Source of the DNA: Escherichia phage ECO71P1
DNA: 64,000 nucleotides
Sequence record: OP172789
Direction: 5' to 3' (one strand)
This document shows, piece after piece, positions 56,149 through 63,650 of the stretch. The first letter of the stretch is position 1. Each line of letters begins with the position of its first letter. The position numbers and the translations under genes are program-made. Under the pieces are notes generated by a model. The model searched no databases. It saw only the letters and a list, made by a program, of their open reading frames with translations, and was not told where the DNA came from.

Positions 56149-58464
56149 ATGCCAAGGCTAATATTCAAAAACAACTTTGAGGTCGCGCTGGCTCAACCAA
56201 CGACGACTTCAGACACCACAATCACAATTCGCTCAGGGTCGGGCTTTCCGACCTTGGGCGCAAACGAGCGTGTAGTGGCGACAATCGTCGATGCTGCAAC
56301 AGGCCTCCAATTCGAAATCGTCACAGTAACAGCCGTTGTTGGAAACGTCCTGACCGTGCAGCGTGCACAAGAAGGAACTGCAGCGCGTGCGTGGTCGGCT
56401 GGTGACATGCTTTCCATTCGAACTACTGCTGCGACACTGACAAATTCTTTTCGAAACTTCGGGGAAATTCCTAGCGGAATAAATCTTAATGCTTTGACTG
56501 GCACTTGGTTTGGCATATATTATCAAACTCAAGATTCAAACGCATCAACGACTCTAAATTACCCCATTGCAGTTGGTGGATCACTTGAGGTGTTTACAAG
56601 TGGTGCAGGGCAAGAAGGTTGCATCCAAGTTTATAAAGTAAGGAACTCGGCCAGGTCTTATACCAGGACTTACAATCCACAATCAGGATGGACTAGTTGG
56701 AATTCATACAGGATGACTGATGACACCGTGCCTATTCAATTTGGCGGAACGGGGCAAACCACAATTCAGGGAATGAAAACAGCTTTTGGATTCGGAACGG
56801 TTGCTGATCAGAACATCGTTCCAACTTCAATGGGCGGCACCGGATCAGGGGATAATGCTCAGGCTTGGCTAAACATCCGTCCACAAGGATCAACACCGCT
56901 GGCTGGTGACCCAGTAAACGATTATGATGCCGCGACTAAGCGTTGGGTTGAGAACTTGGTGAATACAGGCACCGTTGGTCCAAGTATGAACGGTGTTATG
57001 AACTATGGCGTCGGTGATTTCCACTTACGGGACAGCCGTGCTTATATTCAACCTTATGAAGTCGTTTCTGACGGACAATTGTTAAATCGTGCAGACTGGC
57101 CTGAGCTTTGGGCTTATGCGCAAATGCTTACCCCTATTGCTGATGCTGACTGGCTTGCCGATGCATCCAAGCGCGGCAAATATTCTTTGGGCAACGGAAC
57201 GACAACATTCCGCGTGCCAGACCGTAACGGCGTCCAAGCAGGGTCCATTCCTGGCCTATTTGGTCGAGGTGATGGTGGAGTGTCTTCTTTTGACGGTCGC
57301 GTAAGACAAAACGCAGCGCCAAACATAACCGGTTCAGTTGGCACTTCAATATCAACGCAATATAACACGGCAGGTAACACAGGGACAGGGGCAATAGTTC
57401 CAGCACCTGTTGTTATTCCAGGCCTAAGAGTTGGTCCAGAAGGAGGTACAACAAGCCTTAACTATAGGAACGGATTGAACATTGATGCAAGCCTTTCCAA
57501 TGCTGCTTATGGTCGAGATGGCTCCGCAGAGGTTCGACCTAATGCTTTTGAAGGCGTTTGGGTGATTCGTGCATCTGGTGGATTTGTCGCGGCGAATACG
57601 CAGTGGAGTGTAATTACTGGTGACTCATCCCGTCCATCAACAGGGGTGACAACGGATGGCGGTGAAATAATTTCAAGATACAATATTGGAACGGCACAGG
57701 AAGCCCAAATGAGCTGGCGCGTTCGCGCTTTAATTGGAGGTACATATTATGCTCGCCTTAATGTGTCAAACGCCACAAAAGGCACAACTACTGTATTTGA
57801 TTTTGATGATACTGGTGCAATGGCTGCTCCTGGCCCAATTTCTGCTGGTGCTGCTGGTTCAAATTTCAAAAGCACAATAGAAGTAAATAATGTCTCTTAT
57901 CCAGGACTTTTGTTCAAGCCTACGTACACCAATGGAAACGTGATACCTGATACTGTTGTTGGAGGGAATACATTCTTTGAGTGCTCATTCATCCAGGGGC
58001 AGATATCAGGTGTTCAATTGTATCGTAGGAGGAAAGACGGAAATGCCACAGGACAAATAGCGATTTCCTTCCCGACTACTGCCGGAACGATTGCGCTTCA
58101 AGGTACATCAGGCATTGAATATAAAAAGGACGTTGTAGATGCAGATGCCAAGGAAGCGATGGATAGAATCAATTCACAGCGCCTTGTCAATTTCGTTTAT
58201 AAGGATGATGAGCAAGAGCGTGTGAGATTTGGTATAATCGCTGAAGAAGCGGAATTGATTGCGCCACAATATATCAAGCACAATCAAGAAAACATTTCTG
58301 ACATTCTTGATGAAGAAGGAAACAAGATAGGTGAAGAGACTCGTGACAGACCTTCAGTTGACACAAACCCAATCGTCATGGACTTGATGGGCTGTGTGCA
58401 GTATCTCAATAAGCAAATTGAAGATTTGAAGGCAGAGATAGCCGCGCTAAAGGCAGCAAAATAA
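56149..58464 (+). CDS. tail fibre/spike protein with C-terminal intramolecular chaperone (S74-like) domain
   Basis: C-terminal GTSGIEYKKDVVDADAKEAMDRINS...IEDLKAEIAALKAAK typical of auto-cleaving chaperone. Confidence 0.6.
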   Translation: MPRLIFKNNFEVALAQPTTTSDTTITIRSGSGFPTLGANERVVATIVDAATGLQFEIVTVTAVVGNVLTVQRAQEGTAARAWSAGDMLSIRTTAATLTNSFRNFGEIPSGINLNALTGTWFGIYYQTQDSNASTTLNYPIAVGGSLEVFTSGAGQEGCIQVYKVRNSARSYTRTYNPQSGWTSWNSYRMTDDTVPIQFGGTGQTTIQGMKTAFGFGTVADQNIVPTSMGGTGSGDNAQAWLNIRPQGSTPLAGDPVNDYDAATKRWVENLVNTGTVGPSMNGVMNYGVGDFHLRDSRAYIQPYEVVSDGQLLNRADWPELWAYAQMLTPIADADWLADASKRGKYSLGNGTTTFRVPDRNGVQAGSIPGLFGRGDGGVSSFDGRVRQNAAPNITGSVGTSISTQYNTAGNTGTGAIVPAPVVIPGLRVGPEGGTTSLNYRNGLNIDASLSNAAYGRDGSAEVRPNAFEGVWVIRASGGFVAANTQWSVITGDSSRPSTGVTTDGGEIISRYNIGTAQEAQMSWRVRALIGGTYYARLNVSNATKGTTTVFDFDDTGAMAAPGPISAGAAGSNFKSTIEVNNVSYPGLLFKPTYTNGNVIPDTVVGGNTFFECSFIQGQISGVQLYRRRKDGNATGQIAISFPTTAGTIALQGTSGIEYKKDVVDADAKEAMDRINSQRLVNFVYKDDEQERVRFGIIAEEAELIAPQYIKHNQENISDILDEEGNKIGEETRDRPSVDTNPIVMDLMGCVQYLNKQIEDLKAEIAALKAAK

Positions 58465-58471
58465 TTCACTC

Positions 58472-58499
58472 AAGGCGCTGAAAAGCGCCTTTACTTTAT
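58472..58499 (+). terminator. rho-independent terminator
   Basis: AAGGCGCTGAAAAGCGCCTT hairpin followed by T-rich tract. Confidence 0.55.
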
Positions 58500-58533
58500 G
58501 CGCTATTAAGTTATACTCATTATACGTTAACAA

Positions 58534-58755
58534 GTGAGGTGTATTATGGAAATTAAATTGTTGTCCGATTTCGTAAAAAGTATTGAAGCCAAAGGCATGA
58601 CAATCAAGGCTAAGAAAGGCGGCATTGTCTGCATTGACAAACAACAAAGCGATCAAGGCATATCACTTGATGATATCAAAACTATGCAAAAGCTTAATAA
58701 GAAAGGCGACTTGCACAAGTTCTTGAAGGATATTGGGGCGGTGGACAATGGATAA
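58534..58755 (+). CDS. hypothetical protein
   Basis: 73 aa; GAGGTG RBS. Confidence 0.4.
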   Translation: MRCIMEIKLLSDFVKSIEAKGMTIKAKKGGIVCIDKQQSDQGISLDDIKTMQKLNKKGDLHKFLKDIGAVDNG

Positions 58756-58848
58756 AGAGTCACGACGCTTTGCATTTTGGGGCACGGTATGCATTGCCGC
58801 GCTGTTTGGAATTGCTTATGCAATTGTTTACGCTGCAGCGGCATAATT

Positions 58849-59244
58849 ATGATCATCGATATTGAAAAGGCACTCAAGCGAGAATTGACGCCAGGTGCGA
58901 CTCCTGGCGAAGAAGCCTACTACCGACCGAAAGCGCAGCGCACCAATGAGATTCCGGTCGTTAAGCGGACAGTGAATAAGAACGGTCAGCGGTCGCGACT
59001 GCGCTCTATCCGGTCCGGTGAAAGGATTAAAACGATTCGCCAGTGTCTACAACGACTCGAAATCATGGGTTGTCGCGCTTATATCGACCCTGATGGAAAG
59101 GTCATGGTGAGAATTGGCAATAGTACACAACTACAAGACGGATTGCCTTGCGGAGAATCCAGACCCATAGCAAAGACCGACCGTGTGGCTACTGGCCGCG
59201 AGGTTGAGGAAAGTTGGTTGGGTGCTTTCTTATTAAAATATTGA
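58849..59244 (+). CDS. hypothetical basic protein (start trimmed to MIIDIEKAL)
   Basis: Longest ORF has implausible Cys-rich N-terminal extension. Confidence 0.35.
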   Translation: MIIDIEKALKRELTPGATPGEEAYYRPKAQRTNEIPVVKRTVNKNGQRSRLRSIRSGERIKTIRQCLQRLEIMGCRAYIDPDGKVMVRIGNSTQLQDGLPCGESRPIAKTDRVATGREVEESWLGAFLLKY

Positions 59245-59251
59245 GGTTAAT

Positions 59252-59446
59252 ATGAATAAAAATGAATCAGTAGCATTCTTACAATGGCTGGAAGGTGTGG
59301 TGGAGTATCGCGCGGCAAGCGACCGTTTCATCTTTCAAGGCAAAAGCTTCAAGCGCAAAGGACAAGCCCAGAAAGCAGCCCGTAAATACTGGAAGGAAGT
59401 TTATTCAGAGTTCTTTCAGCACATCGGCTCAGTTGGTATCGATTGA
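59252..59446 (+). CDS. hypothetical protein
   Basis: 64 aa; GAGG RBS. Confidence 0.4.
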   Translation: MNKNESVAFLQWLEGVVEYRAASDRFIFQGKSFKRKGQAQKAARKYWKEVYSEFFQHIGSVGID

Positions 59447-59483
59447 TGAATCCAATCGTTACAATTAACAAACCGATTTGAAT

Positions 59484-59505
59484 GCCGCGCTATGCGGCTT
59501 TATTA
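59484..59505 (+). terminator. putative terminator
   Basis: GCCGCGCTATGCGGC hairpin followed by TTTATTAT. Confidence 0.45.
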
Positions 59506-59543
59506 TAGTTATTGTTAATCACCCAAATATTGAAGGTAATGAT

Positions 59544-59957
59544 ATGCCAAATAAAAATGATTCTATTCACAATACATATACTAAAGGCAGCGGAATGGCC
59601 TTTGGTGGCAGCATCAAAATTGACGCTCCTGGGATTCACATCCATAATGTTGATGCAAGTTCTGATGTAAGCAGTCGTGATTTGTCCTTGGTCCTCAAGA
59701 ATCAACTCGCTTTGGAATCGCGGTTGGATAGCATCGAGAAATCTCTCGAAAGTCTGCGCGACCAGCTTTATGGGCCTTGCCCCGTTGCGGATGAGTCTAA
59801 GACTGTTAATGTCAACTACGGTCTGATTGACAATATGCTTGGTGCTACATCACGCTCTGCCGTTAAGGCGTATAACATCGAGAATCTGATTGGGCAGATT
59901 TCTGATGGATTTGGCACATCTTGTGTTGCAGGTCGTGAAAGCGATTGTGGTGAGTAG
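59544..59957 (+). CDS. hypothetical protein (start trimmed to MPNKNDS)
   Basis: GAAGG RBS before internal ATG. Confidence 0.4.
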   Translation: MPNKNDSIHNTYTKGSGMAFGGSIKIDAPGIHIHNVDASSDVSSRDLSLVLKNQLALESRLDSIEKSLESLRDQLYGPCPVADESKTVNVNYGLIDNMLGATSRSAVKAYNIENLIGQISDGFGTSCVAGRESDCGE

Positions 59958-59988
59958 ATTTGATCGTTAGTCTTGGATAGTGAATCGT

Positions 59989-60015
59989 GGGTCGCTGTTG
60001 GCGGCCCTTTCTTTT
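59989..60015 (+). terminator. rho-independent terminator closing the plus-strand late unit
   Basis: GGGTCGC-TGTTG-GCGGCCC stem (one G-U pair) followed by TTTCTTTT. Confidence 0.5.
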
Positions 60016-60605
60016 GCCTGCCGCGCAGGAGTGTACTGAAAATTTACTGTGGGTACAAAATAGTACGGTACTGTCTGGGACTTTTTCTTTGAAAAGTTAG
60101 TGGACCAAATGTGTCGTATTTTGATTAGTGTACTGCAAATTTCATCAAGTACCAAAACGCACCAAAAGACCCATGCCCTAAAAACCACACGAACGCAATA
60201 ATCAATCGCCGTTACAGTTTCCAGCGTTACAATTCGAAAGAGAATGATTCGACGCATAATAACATGAAGCATAATGATTCAAAAGCGAATGATTGCGTGT
60301 AGGATAATATCGGTGGGGATTATTCTAGATGTCGGTAATTTCGCATGCGTACTATTTTCGGGCGAAGGGTCGGCATATTTCTCGTTTTAGTTCGGAACGA
60401 AGGGAAAGTTTTGCGCCTTTATAAAACAACGACTTACGCGACCCTCCCTAACGGTCCGATATAGGTGTCTATATAAAACAACGACTTACGCGATGTTCTC
60501 CATTTAACGTAATACCTGTTATGCGAACTAAGGCGCATCTAGACGAAGATTATGCGACGACGAAGGGAAGGATAAAGGAGTTTTCTCGTAGGAGCGCATC
60601 GAGAT

Positions 60606-60637
60606 AGGGACGAAGAAAAGCCGCGACTAAGCGCGGC
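60606..60637 (-). terminator. rho-independent terminator downstream of the 60658-60948 gene
   Basis: GCCGCG-ACTAA-GCGCGGC hairpin; TTTTCTT follows on minus strand. Confidence 0.5.
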
Positions 60638-60657
60638 CTATTAGTAACGGAAGGGTA

Positions 60658-60948
60658 TTATAAGGAGGCGATTTTAAAATAAGTTACTTCGCCGCCGAGT
60701 TGCGGTACAGCGATATATTCGCCGCCGATTTCGGTAATCGTATAGACGAAGCCGTTAATCGTTACGCGGTAGGATACTACGTCCTCGTCGCGATACTTGT
60801 AAAGGTCGAGGAAGTTGATCGGTTCATAAATAGACTCGATAGTTGCGTCTACGTTAGAGAGATAAACGCTCTCTAAAGTCTCGCCAAATACGTTAGAGTT
60901 TTCGGAAGTCTCGACGCGAGCGGAACGGATAGCGGCTAAAGTAATCAT
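60658..60948 (-). CDS. small acidic protein, island paralogue 1
   Basis: 96 aa; paralogous to 61758-62042 product; AGGAG RBS; CG-rich codon usage. Confidence 0.5.
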   Translation of the reverse strand: MITLAAIRSARVETSENSNVFGETLESVYLSNVDATIESIYEPINFLDLYKYRDEDVVSYRVTINGFVYTITEIGGEYIAVPQLGGEVTYFKIASL

Positions 60949-61054
60949 AATATTCTCCTAGTTAGTCGGGAGGGTAGCGACCTATTCGCTACCTCACCCC
61001 TCTCGATATAAATAAGTATAATCTTAGTGTACGGATAAGTAAAGCACTTTTTTT
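60949..61054 (-). promoter_or_regulatory. promoter-leader cassette copy 1 (TTTACT / TATACT sigma70-like boxes, leader stem-loop, anti-SD CTCCC)
   Basis: Aligns with copies at 61537-61618 and 61654-61757. Confidence 0.5.
60973..60993 (-). ncRNA. 5' leader stem-loop (transcript GGTAGCG-AATAGGT-CGCTACC)
   Basis: Covaries with 61713-61733 stem while loop AATAGGT is conserved. Confidence 0.45.
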
Positions 61055-61063
61055 CGTTTTTTT

Positions 61064-61216
61064 CTATTTATTTAAAGCGCGTCTTCCAAGTTCGACGACC
61101 CAAGCGGCGGCATCTTCCGCCTTATTAAATTCGTATAGATGCTTCTTATCTTCGAAGACGTAAAATAAAATACGTCCGAACTTATTAGCCTTCGCGCTTA
61201 ACTCGATAGTTTTCAT
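61064..61216 (-). CDS. small hypothetical protein (50 aa)
   Basis: Hand translation MKTIELSAKANKFGRILFYVFEDKKHLYEFNKAEDAAAWVVELGRRALNK; AAGGAG RBS. Confidence 0.3.
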   Translation of the reverse strand: MKTIELSAKANKFGRILFYVFEDKKHLYEFNKAEDAAAWVVELGRRALNK

Positions 61217-61233
61217 CTTCTACTCCTTTTTCG

Positions 61234-61536
61234 TTATTTTGCGATAAAATATTTATAAGCCTTATCGCCTTCTACGTCGATATACTCGACGATAATTAAC
61301 GCTTCGCCGCGCGGCGTAACCGACTCGATAAGGGTAACGGCTTCGTCGTCGGTCTTCGCGAAGCGGATGGCGCTACGTTCGGCGTACTTTATATCGTCGA
61401 AGGATAATCCGACGAAGGCGACGGCGCGCGCTTTAATAATTCCCTTTTCGAGTTCCGCGTTAACGGCGGCGATAAGAGAGCGAACGGTTAAGCGGTCTTC
61501 GTCGTAAGTAAGAATAGAAGAAATTAAAGTAGCCAT
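61234..61536 (-). CDS. small acidic hypothetical protein
   Basis: 100 aa; AGGAG RBS; leader shares cassette with the paralogue genes. Confidence 0.45.
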   Translation of the reverse strand: MATLISSILTYDEDRLTVRSLIAAVNAELEKGIIKARAVAFVGLSFDDIKYAERSAIRFAKTDDEAVTLIESVTPRGEALIIVEYIDVEGDKAYKYFIAK

Positions 61537-61618
61537 AATAAAACTCCTAATGCTAGTAAGGGAGAACGCCTCCCGTCTCGATATAAATAAGTATACGCGA
61601 GTGTACGAAGAAGTAAAG
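61537..61618 (-). promoter_or_regulatory. promoter-leader cassette copy 2 (drives the 61234-61536 gene)
   Basis: Imperfect inverted repeat with copy 3 around a 35-bp spacer. Confidence 0.45.
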
Positions 61619-61653
61619 AAAAAAGATAAAATAATTTATCGCATTTTTATCGA

Positions 61654-61757
61654 AAAAGTGCTTTACTTTTTTCTACACTATATTATAATGTACTCATATC
61701 GGGACGGGATGAGTTAACGAATAGGTCGTTAACGCCTCTCCCAACTAGGAGTTTAAA
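61654..61757 (+). promoter_or_regulatory. promoter-leader cassette copy 3 (TTTACT-N17-TATTATAAT, leader stem-loop, anti-SD, AGGAG)
   Basis: Strong -10 at 61681-61689; hairpin 61713-61733; SD 61747-61751. Confidence 0.5.
61713..61733 (+). ncRNA. 5' leader stem-loop (GTTAACG-AATAGGT-CGTTAAC)
   Basis: Compensatory stem changes relative to the 60973-60993 hairpin. Confidence 0.45.
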
Positions 61758-62042
61758 ATGGCTATTCTTAACGTTTCTTCTATCCGTAACGCTATCGTCG
61801 AGAACTACGGCGTAAAACAAAATTTATCCGAAGTCTACGCCGCGAACGTAGACCAAACTATCGAAGCGGGTGGGGTAACGGTCGCCGAGGCTTTTAAACT
61901 TTACGCGGCGTTACCGGAATCGGACCGCGAAGCCTTCGAAGTAAACGTTAACGGATACTTCTTCGAAGCGGTCGAAATCGGTAATATTTTACTCGTTATG
62001 GGCGAAGAAGAATTTGAGACCTTCTCCCTCGTCGAAGCGTAA
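61758..62042 (+). CDS. small acidic protein, island paralogue 2
   Basis: 94 aa; shared MxxLxxxSIRxAxVExxxxxxxLxxVYxxNVDxTIE pattern with paralogue 1. Confidence 0.5.
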   Translation: MAILNVSSIRNAIVENYGVKQNLSEVYAANVDQTIEAGGVTVAEAFKLYAALPESDREAFEVNVNGYFFEAVEIGNILLVMGEEEFETFSLVEA

Positions 62043-62122
62043 GAGAGGATTTTTAGAGCGTCGTGCGCGGCGCTTTAATAAAATTCTTTCGCGCCTAGCG
62101 CCCTAACAAATAGGAGTTTATT

Positions 62123-62749
62123 ATGGTTAGCTTAAATCGCTTCTCGACTAGCGGCGACGTTATCGCAACTAAGACCGCCGACCTCGTTGCATTCTATAAT
62201 GCAAATTCCGGCTCAAAACCGATTAAGAAGTTTGCGGACCGCCGGACCGCCGAGACTCGCGTAATCGCGTTAATCGAGTCCTTAAACGCGCTCGATGAGC
62301 CGTCCAACGAATCGCCCATCCCCGACGCGAAGCCGCGCGAGGAAGTGCCCAGCGATGTAAAAACGCATAAGGCGCGTGCGGTCGTTAAAAAGGCCGAGCC
62401 GACTCAGGAAGAACTCGACGCGATGACCGACGAAGAGTATGAAGCCTTCGTTAAAAGCGGCCTAAACGATAGTGCAAATTGCGTAGTGCAAAATGGAACT
62501 CCTTCTCATCGCCGTTCGAATAGCGAAGGTATTGCAAAAAGTTGGGATAACAAGGAAGTAGCGCAAAAGCGTCTCACCCGTAACGCCGTTATGGTCGAGG
62601 GTGTAGGAGAGTTCAAATCGGTCCGCGTAGCGTTCGCCGCGCTGGGCTTACCGGATAGCAAGCACATTCGCTTCCGTATGAAGCTCAAGGAAGCTGGGCG
62701 CTTGAACTTTGAGTTCGGCAACAAGTCCTACACCTTCCAGATCATCTAA
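62123..62749 (+). CDS. hypothetical protein (contains two in-frame copies of the TAGTGCAAA repeat)
   Basis: 208 aa; AGGAG RBS; CG-rich codon usage. Confidence 0.45.
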   Translation: MVSLNRFSTSGDVIATKTADLVAFYNANSGSKPIKKFADRRTAETRVIALIESLNALDEPSNESPIPDAKPREEVPSDVKTHKARAVVKKAEPTQEELDAMTDEEYEAFVKSGLNDSANCVVQNGTPSHRRSNSEGIAKSWDNKEVAQKRLTRNAVMVEGVGEFKSVRVAFAALGLPDSKHIRFRMKLKEAGRLNFEFGNKSYTFQII

Positions 62750-62755
62750 TCGAAT

Positions 62756-62778
62756 GGCGGCCCTTCGGGGTCGCTTTT
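62756..62778 (+). terminator. rho-independent terminator with UUCG tetraloop
   Basis: GCGGCCC-TTCG-GGGTCGC followed by TTTTC. Confidence 0.55.
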
Positions 62779-62799
62779 CATAGTGCAAATTGGTGGCTT

Positions 62800-63063
62800 A
62801 TGAATACGCTTATTCTCATCGCTACGTTGTCCATCGGAAGTGGTCGCACCTTATCCCTTTATGATCATAGTGCAAATTGCGCTTACCCAACGCGAGTTGC
62901 GGCGATAGTTAATAGTGCAAATCGAATGCTATTCGAGACTTGTTGGCGGGTTGATAACGAGAAAGGGCGCATCGTCTTAGGTTATAGTGCAAATCTGCTG
63001 GTGGAGTCGTTCGACTGGACGGCGGAAGGTCGTAAATTGTTACGTAAAGTGACTAAAAGATGA
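62800..63063 (+). CDS. questionable ORF spanning three repeat copies
   Basis: 87 aa ORF whose SAN tripeptides are encoded by the repeat; may be non-coding. Confidence 0.2.
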   Translation: MNTLILIATLSIGSGRTLSLYDHSANCAYPTRVAAIVNSANRMLFETCWRVDNEKGRIVLGYSANLLVESFDWTAEGRKLLRKVTKR

Positions 63064-63124
63064 CTTATAATAATACACTTTCTAACGCGTTTATGGTTGT
63101 AACCTTCCCCGTCGTATTACCGAT

Positions 63125-63165
63125 GGCCCTAGAAGTGGAGAAAATGTGTTCTAGGGCCGTTTTAT
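63125..63165. terminator. hairpin between converging transcription units
   Basis: GGCCCTAG ... CTAGGGCC 8-bp perfect stem, followed by GTTTTA. Confidence 0.4.
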
Positions 63166-63177
63166 AGTGCAAATTGG

Positions 63178-63650
63178 CTAGTGGCGGGAGAATTGCTCAC
63201 CCTCTTTGGCAGCCTCTCCAAAATCCTTGTAGAAATCGTCCATGGAACGGCCCATTTTACTATTGCCGTTTTCATCAATCATCGTGATGCCGTAGATGAT
63301 ATTCAGTTCACGAATGGCATTAAGCTTGGCTGAAGCCGCGACTTCTGGATCACGCACAAGCTTCACTAAATTGTGGATGGAACTCTTTACGCTCCACAAT
63401 TCCTTCAATGGCATCTCTTCCATACGCTTCTTGTAGCGCATCTTGTAGTACGGATTGCGTTGCGTGCACAGGATTCGCTGGCCAGTGTAGTTATCGGTCG
63501 CAACCTCCATGCCAAATACTAGTGCAAAAGCTGCGCGCATGTCATGGCCCTGAATAACAAGGTCAATGAACTCATCGAATAATGCCTGATTATGCTCTGC
63601 AAATCGTGGGTCTTCAAAGTCTTCAGGCATTGCTACATAATCTTGACTCA
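63178..63650 (-). CDS. hypothetical protein (start set to MSQDYVAMPEDF; start codon lies inside a repeat copy)
   Basis: ORF track extends via TTG through the repeat array; ATG start favoured. Confidence 0.4.

Noticed and set aside
61001-61020. T4-type late promoter TATAAATA on the plus strand inside the island
   Set aside because: Alignment of the three cassettes shows this is the reverse complement of a conserved segment downstream of a sigma70-like -10 on the minus strand, not an independent late promoter.
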